Part shown: positions 7,402 to 15,671 of the stretch, piece after piece
Numbering within the stretch: position 1 is the stretch's first letter
Layout: the number at the start of each line of letters is the position of its first letter
Source: an uncultured virus (IMG/VR IMGVR_UViG_3300048926_000232)
Lineage: Duplodnaviria; Heunggongvirae; Uroviricota; Caudoviricetes
Length of the DNA stretch: 20,000 nt
Direction: 5' to 3' (one strand)
IMG/VR virus record: IMGVR_UViG_3300048926_000232
Position numbers and translations under genes: made by a program
Notes under the pieces: generated by a model
What the model saw: only the letters and a program-made list of their open reading frames with translations
Databases searched by the model: none
What the model was told of the DNA's origin: nothing

Positions 7402-8000
7402 TTGCTAGGATTTCGCTTTCTGACGCGAGAGGAAGCACCGCGCGGCTTGTCATCGGCGGCGCTTTTCGTGGGAGCGCCAGCGGCTTTTGCGCGCTTTCTG
7501 ACGCGCGGGTTTTCGTCCGCGCTCTTGGGCGAAGCGACAGCGGGCTTCTCGCGCTTTCTGACACGAGCGGACGGCGCGCGCGCAAGGTTCTCACGCGGCA
7601 GTTCGTCCAGATCGGCCACGGTCAACTTGTCGCGCCGCGTGACACGTTGCGGCAACGGTTCGTCTGCGACGGGTTGCGGGTTCTTCACGATCTCAAGGAT
7701 TCGCGCCACCATTTCCAACTCTTCGGGAGTGTTATTGTGCAGAAGGAACATGCGTGGGTGAAAAAGCAAATCGCCCGGTTGGCAATCAAGCGCAACCGCC
7801 AATTCTTCCAACATTTCCTGCCGGTAGGAGGTGCGGCCGGTTTCAAGTTGGGAAAGAGCACCGTTCGTAAATTTCATTTTTTGGGCAACTTCGGCCTGAG
7901 TGAGTCCGCGATGGATTCGCCACTCCTTTATGTAGTGCCCAGGCCGTGGGATGCCCGGCGGCTCGCCTTTGGTTTCATTACGTTTTGTCTCGGTTGTCAT
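7398..8000 (-). CDS. XRE-family (CI-like) repressor with a basic repeat tail
   Basis: YIKEWRIHRGLTQAEVAQKM...LSQLETGRTSY...LAVALDCQPGDLL; divergent from the Cro-like gene; no S24 peptidase domain visible. Confidence 0.88.
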   Translation of the reverse strand: MTTETKRNETKGEPPGIPRPGHYIKEWRIHRGLTQAEVAQKMKFTNGALSQLETGRTSYRQEMLEELAVALDCQPGDLLFHPRMFLLHNNTPEELEMVARILEIVKNPQPVADEPLPQRVTRRDKLTVADLDELPRENLARAPSARVRKREKPAVASPKSADENPRVRKRAKAAGAPTKSAADDKPRGASSRVRKRNPSK

Positions 8001-8188
8001 GACAGTCTACCTCTTTTTTAAGGGGCGCTAAAACCGCTTTGGATTTATAGCGCGACTAAAAGATAAAAGCCTTTCGCGCGCCTGTAAAGCGCACTTGAAG
8101 AATGCGTCAACTTTTCACGCCTGTTTTCTGTTTTATAGCGCCGCTATTGTTGGTGGGGAAAATGTTTTTCCACAGGGAGGCGCCAGCA
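8001..8188. promoter_or_regulatory. Divergent switch region with TAG-N5-CTA operator-like sites
   Basis: AT-rich; TAGCGCGACTA 8048-8058, TAGCGCCGCTA 8136-8146, degenerate AAGGGGCGCTA 8020-8030. Confidence 0.65.
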
Positions 8189-8470
8189 ATGAACAATCAG
8201 GCGAAGGCAGAACGCAAGGCGGCGCAGCGCGCGGCCGGATTGGCGGCGCTGCAGGCGTGGTTCAATGAGGCGCGCGGCAATGCAGCAAAACTTGCGGCAT
8301 ATCTTGAGGTTACGCAATCTACATTCAATTTTTGGGACCGTGTAATGGCCGAACGTCTAGGCGACGTTTCCAACTTTACCGGCATTCCGCGCGAGCAGTT
8401 GCGGCCCGATATGTTCGAGCCTCCGGAACCCAAGGAAGAGCCGGAAGACAGCCTGCAAAATTCAGCGTGA
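8189..8470 (+). CDS. cro: Cro-like (YdaS family) HTH regulator
   Basis: GGGAGG RBS; AKLAAYLEVTQSTFNFW.RV.AER...VS..TGIPREQLRPDMF. Confidence 0.85.
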   Translation: MNNQAKAERKAAQRAAGLAALQAWFNEARGNAAKLAAYLEVTQSTFNFWDRVMAERLGDVSNFTGIPREQLRPDMFEPPEPKEEPEDSLQNSA

Positions 8471-8773
8471 CAACAACTTACCGGGTGCATTCCGCGCTAG
8501 CTACAATTGCTTAGGCCCGGCCCTTTGTTGGACGTTTGTTATAGCCTCAATTGAAAAAGGCATACTTATTCATGCTGCACACCTATGCAACCGCTCCGAT
8601 AGGTTTTGTCTTCTGGCGTACCGACCTTGAGTCGGTTTTCAGATTCGAAGTCTTGTTTTTCCTCTTGGGAACCCCGTCCCGGATCGCCCTTACATTGTAT
8701 TTCCTCGGAGTTAAATTTTTTCAACCGGCAATTACGCAGCCGTTTTTCTCCCGGATCACAAGAGGGGGAAAAA

Positions 8774-9349
8774 ATGCACGTCGCAGCTAATTGCAACGAT
8801 TTAACGCCGATTTCCTACCGCGCCCAAATTCGCGGCGGTTGCAAAATTCAAGTCCTCGTTTGGGGCGCCCACAAATTCCCATCCCCGCGCAATGACAGTT
8901 CTCAAATCGGCCGATACGCGCGCGGCGTGCGGCCAGATCACAACAAGAGCCGAGAGATGATTATTACCGAGGCTGATGCGCCTCTCATTAGAGGCATGAT
9001 TTTGAGGGGCGACCCCTATCACCACATCGCAGCTTATTTTGCCGAAAACCAAGGGCGAATAGGCGAAGTCGCCAACGGCATGAAAAGCCCAAGCGCCGTA
9101 AAAAAGGGGGCCAAAAGGCGTTGGCCGGATTCACGAACTGCCGAACCTCACGAACTGCCGCCCCCCGGCCCGTACTTCCAGAATTTCAGGGACGGTAAGG
9201 ATATAATCACGGACGCCCATGAGGCGCTCGTGGAAGTGATGGCTTTCTATATGGCGCATCACGACACGCCCGAGGCCCGCGATATTCAACGCCGGTTCCA
9301 CAGTGCGATTGCCGAACGGAAGCGTGAGCTTTGGGGGCAACGCAAATGA
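8774..9349 (+). CDS. Hypothetical HTH-like protein in the cII position
   Basis: GAGGGGG RBS before ATG 8774 (alternative start 8957); RGDPYHHIAAYFAENQGRIGEV...LPPPGPY. Confidence 0.65.
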   Translation: MHVAANCNDLTPISYRAQIRGGCKIQVLVWGAHKFPSPRNDSSQIGRYARGVRPDHNKSREMIITEADAPLIRGMILRGDPYHHIAAYFAENQGRIGEVANGMKSPSAVKKGAKRRWPDSRTAEPHELPPPGPYFQNFRDGKDIITDAHEALVEVMAFYMAHHDTPEARDIQRRFHSAIAERKRELWGQRK

Positions 9350-10416
9350 ACGAACAAGCCCCAAAACCCCGCACCGAAGAGCCAAGCACGGTTCACGGCC
9401 GCCTCATGGAGGCGATGCATATCGCCGGTTACACATTCGAACGTGCGGTCGCTGAACTTGATTGGCTCATGACAGACGAACGATGGAAACAGGCCGGCGG
9501 CGGTTTCGAGCTGTTTGACGATTTCGTCAAAACGCTTGGCCTGGAAAAGTTCAAAATGAGTATCGACCAGCGAAAAGGGTTGGCCGAAAAAATGGCCGCC
9601 GCCGGGGCGCATAACCGCCCAATAGCTAAGGCGTTGGGGGTTGATGAAACGACCGTTCGCCGAGACTTAGCCCCAAGTGCGGCAAATGCCGCACCCGCAC
9701 CCAGAAGCCCCATAGAAACCAAGGCGTCAAATACACCAAATGCGGCAAATGCCGCACCCGCACCGGCCCCGGCGTTCTCAAGCTTCGACCCCGCCAAGGC
9801 CATGAAACAGCAAGAGACGCGGGAACTAAAAACCGAAAAGCGGGCGGAACGCGAAACCCAACTGGCGGCCAAGATCGCCGCGCTGCCCGAAAAAAAATAC
9901 GGCGTAATCCTCGCTGACCCGGAATGGAAATTCCAGCCGTACAGCGAAGAAACCGGCATGGATAGGGCGGCCGATAATCACTATCCGACAAGCGCACTTG
10001 AGGAAATCAAAGCGCGAAACGTGCCCTCGATAGCCGCCGAAGATTGCGTGCTTTTCCTTTGGGCGACTTCGCCAATGTTGGCGCAAGCGCTTGAGGTTTT
10101 GGAGGCTTGGGGGTTCGAATACAAGAGCGGCGCCGTTTGGGTCAAAGACAGGATCGGAACCGGCTACTGGTTTCGTAATCAGCATGAATTTTTATTGGTC
10201 GGCACGCGCGGGAATATCCCGGCGCCGGCCATGGGCGACCAGTTCGCCTCCGTAATCATGGCCCCGGTTGGTGAGCATTCCGAGAAGCCGGAAGCCGCCC
10301 TAGCAATCATCGAAGCCTATTACCCGAACATTCCGAAAATCGAATTGAACCGCCGTGGCCCGCCCCGGCCCGGTTGGGATGCGTGGGGCAATGAAGCCGA
10401 GCAACCAAAAACCTAA
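9346..10416 (+). CDS. MT-A70-family adenine methyltransferase with N-terminal HTH
   Basis: YGVILADPEW, HYPT, LFLWAT, WGFEYK, GTGYWFRNQHEFLLVG, HSEKP; N-terminal IAKALGVDETTVRRDL. Confidence 0.92.
   Translation: MNEQAPKPRTEEPSTVHGRLMEAMHIAGYTFERAVAELDWLMTDERWKQAGGGFELFDDFVKTLGLEKFKMSIDQRKGLAEKMAAAGAHNRPIAKALGVDETTVRRDLAPSAANAAPAPRSPIETKASNTPNAANAAPAPAPAFSSFDPAKAMKQQETRELKTEKRAERETQLAAKIAALPEKKYGVILADPEWKFQPYSEETGMDRAADNHYPTSALEEIKARNVPSIAAEDCVLFLWATSPMLAQALEVLEAWGFEYKSGAVWVKDRIGTGYWFRNQHEFLLVGTRGNIPAPAMGDQFASVIMAPVGEHSEKPEAALAIIEAYYPNIPKIELNRRGPPRPGWDAWGNEAEQPKT
9678..9764. repeat. Two 24-bp direct repeats with a palindromic core
   Basis: TGCGGCAAATGCCGCACCCGCACC at 9678-9701 and 9741-9764. 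Confidence 0.9.
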
Positions 10417-10430
10417 AAGGGAGAAAGGGA

Positions 10431-11114
10431 ATGGACATGACCGGCCACAATTCAAACGAACTAACCGCCGCCGAACGCAAGGCGCTATTGATGCACCACA
10501 TGCGGGCGATATCGGCACAACAGGCGATTTGCGACCGCGAGAACGAAGAGCGCAAGCGCCTTCGAAAGCTCGCCAAGGCAGACGGGATTCCCATGGCCGA
10601 TATCGATTACGGCATGCGGGTTCTGGAAATCGAAGACCCGCAAATCATCATCGACGAACAGCGCCGGCATTCCGAATTGGCCGAATGGTTCGGCGTCCCG
10701 ATCTTCACGCAATCCGAATTCGATTTCGACCGTGAGCCGGCCGTGGACCGCGCCCGCCGGGAAGGCGCCGCCGCCGGGGCCATGGGCCGGGACAACAACC
10801 CGCCATATGGAACGGGTTCTGCGCAAGCCGAGGCATGGCGGGCAGGGTGGCGGGAAGAGCAAGACCGCATGATTGCCGACATGGAAAGCGCCATGGAAAA
10901 GCGCAACCGGGCGCGGGCTCAAGCAGCGGCAGGGTTGGACCCGACCAAGCCCGAGGGCGAGAACGCCACGTTCGAAGAGCAGGGCGAAGACGCAAGCCAG
11001 GCCGACGCCGATTCCGAATGGGAGGCCGCCGCGCCGACCAGTTCGCCGCCAACCGCGCCGAAACGCGGCAGGCCGAAGAAGGCCGTAATAGTGGGCGGCG
11101 ATGTCGAGGCTTAA
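10431..11114 (+). CDS. Hypothetical protein with GapR/DUF2312-like N-terminus and RMF-like motif
   Basis: GHNS, helical region with LAKADG; ARREGAAAG...PPY...AWRAGW; KRGRPKK tail. Confidence 0.6.
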   Translation: MDMTGHNSNELTAAERKALLMHHMRAISAQQAICDRENEERKRLRKLAKADGIPMADIDYGMRVLEIEDPQIIIDEQRRHSELAEWFGVPIFTQSEFDFDREPAVDRARREGAAAGAMGRDNNPPYGTGSAQAEAWRAGWREEQDRMIADMESAMEKRNRARAQAAAGLDPTKPEGENATFEEQGEDASQADADSEWEAAAPTSSPPTAPKRGRPKKAVIVGGDVEA

Positions 11115-11119
11115 TCGTC

Positions 11120-11689
11120 ATGTTGCGCGTATTGGCGTTCGACCAATCAGTCACGCGGACAGGGTATGCCTTCGACAAAGGGGGCAAACCCGACGAAATC
11201 GAATTCGGTTCGTTTTCGTGCGCCGAGGGGCACGACGCGTTCCAAGTTCGCGAGCGCTTGGGCCGGCGGGTGAAACAGTTGATTTCGCTTTATCGCCCCG
11301 AGTTCGTGATTTGGGAAAAAGCCCGCCAGCACATAACCGCGTATCCGAAAAAGAAGCCCGCCGACTTGGTAGAGCCGGCAGGCATCGCAGGCGTTACCGT
11401 ATCGGCCAAACAGTTGTTGCTTCCCGGTATCGAAGGCGTCTTGCATGGGCTTTGCATCGCCTATGGGATTGCGTGCGATAGCCCGAGCCCGGCGACGTGG
11501 CGCAAGGTGACGTTAGGCAACGGGGCGCTAGGGACCGACGAAGCCAAAGAGGCGGCACTCGCTCATTGCCGCCGGCTCAAGGTGGCGGTTGCCAACCATG
11601 ACGAAGCCGAAGCCGTTTGCATCGCGCTTTATTCCCCGTCCAGCCAAATCTACCGGCGCGCCTTTTCAGCAAAGAGGGCGGCCAGATGA
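11120..11689 (+). CDS. RuvC-like Holliday junction resolvase
   Basis: VLAFDQSVTRTGYA, VIWEK, PATWRK...GNG...K, NHDEAEA. Confidence 0.85.
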   Translation: MLRVLAFDQSVTRTGYAFDKGGKPDEIEFGSFSCAEGHDAFQVRERLGRRVKQLISLYRPEFVIWEKARQHITAYPKKKPADLVEPAGIAGVTVSAKQLLLPGIEGVLHGLCIAYGIACDSPSPATWRKVTLGNGALGTDEAKEAALAHCRRLKVAVANHDEAEAVCIALYSPSSQIYRRAFSAKRAAR

Positions 11690-12723
11690 TTTTCGGGTCT
11701 GTCTGCAGTGGCATTGAATCGGCCTCGGTAGCGTGGGCGCCGCTTGGTTGGCAGGCCGCATTCCATGCCGAAATAGAGCCGTTCGCGTCCGCCGTTCTGG
11801 CGGCGCGGTTCCCCGGCGTTCCGAACCTTGGCGACATCCGCCTTTTTGAGGGGTGGCCCGATTATGCAATTGACGTTCTTGTCGGCGGAACCCCATGCCA
11901 ATCGTTCAGCATCGCCGGACTCCGGCGCGGATTGGGCGATGCGCGTGGCAACCTCATGCTTTGCTATGGCGCGATTGCTCGGCGATATCGCCCCCGCTGG
12001 TTGGCGTGGGAGAACGTGCCCGGTATCTTTTCAAGCGATGGCGGACGAGACTTTGCAAGCCTTTTGGGATTGCTCGCCGGAAAGCGAATCGAAACGCCCG
12101 CCTTCGGCTGGCAGTCTGGCGGCGTTGTCGAAGGCTACGAAGGCGCATACGGCCTCGCATGGCGCGTGCTTGACGCTCAATTTACCCGAGTTCCCGGCTT
12201 TCCATTCGCCGTTCCACAAAAGCGGCGGCGTGTGTTCCTTGTCGGATATCTTGGAGACTGGCGACGTGCCGCCACGGTATTTTTTGAGCCGGAAAGCCTG
12301 CAGGGGAATAATCGACCGCGCCGAACGGCGGGGCAAAACATTTCCGACAAATATAGGCCGGGCACTGCACTCGGCGGCTGGTTTGACGCAATAACCGCAC
12401 GGCTTGTTTCGTTCGGCGAATATGACGAATGCGGCTACGCCAGCACCGTTCAAAGCCGGGACTACAAATACGTCACGGACTTGATAGCGGTTCCCGGCGC
12501 CAAAAAGGGCAGTTGGCGAATCCGCCGCCTCACTGTGACGGAGGCCGAGCGGCTGCAGGGGTTCCCGGACGGCCACACCGCTATTCCGTGGGAGGGCAAA
12601 CCGGTTGCCGGCGATGCCCCGCGTTTCCGCGCGATCGGCAACGCCATGCCCGTCAATGTCATGGAATGGATAGGCCGGCGGATCGATATCGCCGACCGGC
12701 TGGAATTGGGGGCGGCGGCATGA
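11686..12723 (+). CDS. DNA cytosine-C5 methyltransferase (alpha polypeptide)
   Basis: SVCSGI, EIE, GDI, GGTPCQSFS, WENVPG, QKRRRVF, EAERLQGFP, GNAM. Confidence 0.95.
   Translation: MIFGSVCSGIESASVAWAPLGWQAAFHAEIEPFASAVLAARFPGVPNLGDIRLFEGWPDYAIDVLVGGTPCQSFSIAGLRRGLGDARGNLMLCYGAIARRYRPRWLAWENVPGIFSSDGGRDFASLLGLLAGKRIETPAFGWQSGGVVEGYEGAYGLAWRVLDAQFTRVPGFPFAVPQKRRRVFLVGYLGDWRRAATVFFEPESLQGNNRPRRTAGQNISDKYRPGTALGGWFDAITARLVSFGEYDECGYASTVQSRDYKYVTDLIAVPGAKKGSWRIRRLTVTEAERLQGFPDGHTAIPWEGKPVAGDAPRFRAIGNAMPVNVMEWIGRRIDIADRLELGAAA
11864..12394 (+). CDS. Nested alternative-frame methyltransferase subunit (M.EcoHK31I beta-like)
   Basis: 176 aa +1-frame ORF wholly inside the C5 MTase gene; GAGGGGT RBS; SLSDILETGDVPPRYFLSRKACRGIIDRAERRGK. 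Confidence 0.7.
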   Translation: MQLTFLSAEPHANRSASPDSGADWAMRVATSCFAMARLLGDIAPAGWRGRTCPVSFQAMADETLQAFWDCSPESESKRPPSAGSLAALSKATKAHTASHGACLTLNLPEFPAFHSPFHKSGGVCSLSDILETGDVPPRYFLSRKACRGIIDRAERRGKTFPTNIGRALHSAAGLTQ

Positions 12724-13550
12724 GCAACCCCTATCTGATGGACGGCCCCGCAATCGTTTCCTTTTCCGGCGGACGAACAAGCGCCTACATGCTTGCGCAT
12801 ATCGTGGAAGCGCACGGCGGGCGCCTGCCTGAGAACGTCTATGCAGTGTTCGCCAATACCGGCAAGGAACGGCCCGAAACGCTGCGCTTCGTCCATGACG
12901 TGGGGCAGAACCTAGGCGTTCCGGTTTACTGGCTCGAATTCCAGGCGCGCGCCCCCGGTTTCCAGATAGTCGGTTTCAACAGCGCTTCGCGCGACGGCGA
13001 ACCGTTCAAGGCGCTGATTGACAAAAAGCGCCGGTTGCCGAACGGCCGCGAACGCTGGTGTACCGAACTTTTGAAAGTGCGGCCTATCCATGCGTTCGCG
13101 CAAAGCGTTGGCCTGATCCACGGCGAATTCGTCAACGTCATTGGCTTGCGCCATGACGAGGGCCACAGGATCTTGAAAGGCTATGCGAGCGCCGAAAAAT
13201 ACGGCCAGCGCGTGGCCTATCCGCTTGCCAAGGCCAAAGTGGTCAAGGCCGATATCATGGCCTTTTGGCGCGGTAGCCCTTACGACCTGCAGCTTGAGCC
13301 GTGGGAAGGCAATTGCGACCTTTGTTTTCTAAAGGGCGTGGCGATCCGCCGTCGCATTGTTCGCGACAGGCCCGAAAGTGCGGTTTGGTGGCACGCGCGC
13401 GAAACCGAAACCGGCGGCCGATTCAGTTCCCGCGAAACCGTCCTCGATATTGTCCAGCGCGTGGGCGACACCCCGGAATTATTCGATATCGGCGCGGAAG
13501 AGTTTGACGCCGAGTGCGGCCTTTCCTGCTCATGGGAGGACGCAGGATGA
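12720..13550 (+). CDS. PAPS-reductase/NinC-like PP-loop protein
   Basis: VSFSGGRTSAYML, FANTGKE, CTELLK, IGLRHDE, GNCDLCFLK, C-terminal ECGLSC. Confidence 0.88.
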   Translation: MSNPYLMDGPAIVSFSGGRTSAYMLAHIVEAHGGRLPENVYAVFANTGKERPETLRFVHDVGQNLGVPVYWLEFQARAPGFQIVGFNSASRDGEPFKALIDKKRRLPNGRERWCTELLKVRPIHAFAQSVGLIHGEFVNVIGLRHDEGHRILKGYASAEKYGQRVAYPLAKAKVVKADIMAFWRGSPYDLQLEPWEGNCDLCFLKGVAIRRRIVRDRPESAVWWHARETETGGRFSSRETVLDIVQRVGDTPELFDIGAEEFDAECGLSCSWEDAG

Positions 13551-14446
13551 GTGGCGCGGCCTCATGGTTCAAATTTTACCCGTCCGACTGGTTGGGGGGC
13601 ACGGCCGAATTAACGGTAACCGAACTTGCCGTTTACATCACGCTGATTGCGCAAATGTACGACCACGGCGAGCCCATCGAAATCGATGTTTCGAGGTTGG
13701 CAAAACGGCTTGGAATTACCCGCCGGCTAACCGCCGAATCCATCCAAAGTCTTGTCGCCTTGGAGAAGCTTTCCGTAACGGAAAGCGGCCGGTTCTGGAA
13801 TGCCAGAACTGACAAGGAAATTGAAATAAGGCAGGCAAAAACAAATAAGGCAAAGGCCTCATCACAATTCAGGTGGAGCAAAAAAGACAGCGAAAACAAG
13901 AGCCCGCCGGAAGAAACGCATTCCAGAAATGATGCTACCAGATACCAGATACCAGATTCCAGAGAAGAATCCCCCCTTACCCCCCTTGCGGGGGGTACGG
14001 TCCCCCCGGCCGAGCCGGCTGAAAAAGCCCCGGATTCGAAACCCGAAAAAGAGCCCGAAAAAGAGCCTGAGAAAAAGCCCGAAAAGCCGAAAGCCGAGCC
14101 GAAGGGTTCGCGCATTCCCGACGACTTCGAACCGGATTTGGCATGGGCCGAACTTGAGGGCATGCACCCGAGCCAGACGAAGCGCGAGGCGGCAAAGTTC
14201 CGCGATTTCTGGTTAGCCAAAACCGGCGCCGACGCCCGCAAGGTCGATTGGCCCGCCACGTGGCGAACATGGGTTCGCCGCGCCCTTGAGCGCATGCCGC
14301 GTTCCACCGGCCCGCCCGCCCGCCCGCTTTCGGAATACCGGCAACGCCAGAACGCCTTGTGGGCGGAATTGGACGCGGAAAGGGGGGTAAACCCTGATGA
14401 GCAGGAACCTAGCGACAGCCGATTCAAGCATTCCATCGACCATTAG
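13547..14446 (+). CDS. Phage replication initiator (YdaU/DUF1376)
   Basis: WFKFYPSDWLGGT..LT..E..VYI.L...MY; C-terminal GSRIPDDF...KFRDFW...DWPATWRTW. Confidence 0.88.
   Translation: MSGAASWFKFYPSDWLGGTAELTVTELAVYITLIAQMYDHGEPIEIDVSRLAKRLGITRRLTAESIQSLVALEKLSVTESGRFWNARTDKEIEIRQAKTNKAKASSQFRWSKKDSENKSPPEETHSRNDATRYQIPDSREESPLTPLAGGTVPPAEPAEKAPDSKPEKEPEKEPEKKPEKPKAEPKGSRIPDDFEPDLAWAELEGMHPSQTKREAAKFRDFWLAKTGADARKVDWPATWRTWVRRALERMPRSTGPPARPLSEYRQRQNALWAELDAERGVNPDEQEPSDSRFKHSIDH
13921..14095 (+). repeat. Candidate replication origin inside the initiator gene
   Basis: TACCAGA x3 plus TTCCAGA in tandem at 13936-13963, another TTCCAGA at 13921, C/G-run inverted structure, then GAAAAAGAGCC-type repeats. 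Confidence 0.55.
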
Positions 14447-15071
14447 CGAGGAAATCGCCGAACTGACTCGGCGGCTGCAGTTCGCAACCCCGGCACTGAT
14501 TGAGGATTGCTTGGAACGCATGCGGGCGGGTGGCATGGAATTGCCGCCCGGATTGCGGCGCGGGTGGCTGGACGAATACCGCTACGCCCTTCACCGCGTC
14601 CCGGCCTACGGCCTGGTTATGGCGACAAAGAAAATCAAGCGCGGCGAATATCCCGACCACCGGGGCAACTTCGTTCCGTTGCCGGCGCAACTGGCGCACC
14701 TATGCCGGATCGAGGCGGAATCGACAATCGAGGATTTGACCCGCCTAAAGGCGAAAGCAAATGCGGCCAAAACAACCGCAGATTTATTCGCCCCGAAAGA
14801 TACCGAAGAGCAGGCACGGCAAAAAGCGCGCATCCGGGAACTTCACGCCGCGTTCAAAAGGCATCACGCGGCCGTGAAAGCGGCGCAAAAAGGGTGGAGC
14901 CCGGACGCCGAACCCATTGACCACGAGTCCGCGCAATATTGGACGCTGATTAAAAATTTGCAGGACTCCGGTCCACTCACGGCAGAGCAGCAAGAATTTA
15001 GGCGCCGTATTGATACGGAAATATCGCGAGCAAAACCGCCGGTAAATAGTGAGGGGAAATCAGATGATTAG
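14397..15071 (+). CDS. Hypothetical protein in the replication accessory (helicase-loader) position
   Basis: 224 aa after the initiator; EYRYAL..VP...FVPLPAQL. Confidence 0.7.
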   Translation: MSRNLATADSSIPSTISEEIAELTRRLQFATPALIEDCLERMRAGGMELPPGLRRGWLDEYRYALHRVPAYGLVMATKKIKRGEYPDHRGNFVPLPAQLAHLCRIEAESTIEDLTRLKAKANAAKTTADLFAPKDTEEQARQKARIRELHAAFKRHHAAVKAAQKGWSPDAEPIDHESAQYWTLIKNLQDSGPLTAEQQEFRRRIDTEISRAKPPVNSEGKSDD

Positions 15072-15219
15072 CGAGAAAGTGCAAACAATCGCAAAAATTG
15101 TAAAGCAAAAAAATATAGTGAGCCGAGAAATTGTCAGTGGCGATTCTCGAATCTCTAGTTATAGTGGGGCTATATCAATCAAATTGAACAATAACATTAG
15201 CAGCGGGGAAAGAGCATGA
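15064..15219 (+). CDS. Possible 51-aa AT-rich ORF (not in ORF track)
   Basis: GAGGGG RBS; MISEKVQTIAKIVKQKN...GERA; stop overlaps the next ATG. Confidence 0.35.
   Translation: MISEKVQTIAKIVKQKNIVSREIVSGDSRISSYSGAISIKLNNNISSGERA
15146..15175 (+). promoter_or_regulatory. Putative internal promoter with operator-like palindrome
   Basis: TATAG-TGGGG-CTATA at 15160-15174 overlaps CTATAT (15170-15175); CTCGAA lies 18 bp upstream. Confidence 0.45.
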
Positions 15220-15671
15220 GCGATCCCGGCCTTGAAAAAACGGTCGAACATGAGGCCGCCAACGCGGCGGAACGCGAGTTGTTGCGCGGGTTCGAAGACC
15301 GAGCGCATACGGCTGCGAACGCGCCGCGCACGCATACGTTAGCAACTGCCCCGCTTCCGGGCGGATACTCGGCCGGCAAAGAAACGATCCAGCCGGGCGC
15401 CGCCCTCAAGATGGTCGAACTTGCCAAGGCCGAACACGAACGGGCGCGCCGGGCTATCAATCAGATGGAATTGGAACGCCAAGTTCTGCGCGCCTCGACG
15501 CTCGAAAAATTCCGCGTGCGGGCCGAGGAACTTATGGCGGAACGCGAACGGGCGCTTGCGCAAATCGAGCGTGACCACGAAACCCGCGTTTCCGCGCCAA
15601 TGGACCTTATGCGGGTTTCGGCCCGTCTCTTCGAACGCACGGAAGAGGCGGTCCAGTGGACAAGGAACTAA
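15216..15671 (+). CDS. Hypothetical coiled-coil protein
   Basis: 151 aa, GGGGAAAG upstream, helical C-terminal half. Confidence 0.7.
   Translation: MSDPGLEKTVEHEAANAAERELLRGFEDRAHTAANAPRTHTLATAPLPGGYSAGKETIQPGAALKMVELAKAEHERARRAINQMELERQVLRASTLEKFRVRAEELMAERERALAQIERDHETRVSAPMDLMRVSARLFERTEEAVQWTRN

Noticed and set aside
9678..9764. Palindromic repeat-spacer-repeat (24 bp, 39-bp spacer) as a mini CRISPR array
   Set aside because: Only two repeats, in frame within a CDS, with no leader or cas genes in the window
12720..13550. cysH sulfate-assimilation gene or a complete Dnd system
   Set aside because: The motif pattern fits the phage NinC-like clade, and no other cys or dnd genes are in the window
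14022..14095. GAAAAAGAGCCC repeats as an independent repeat element
   Set aside because: In-frame PEKE/PEKK linker coding explains them; kept only as part of the origin candidate
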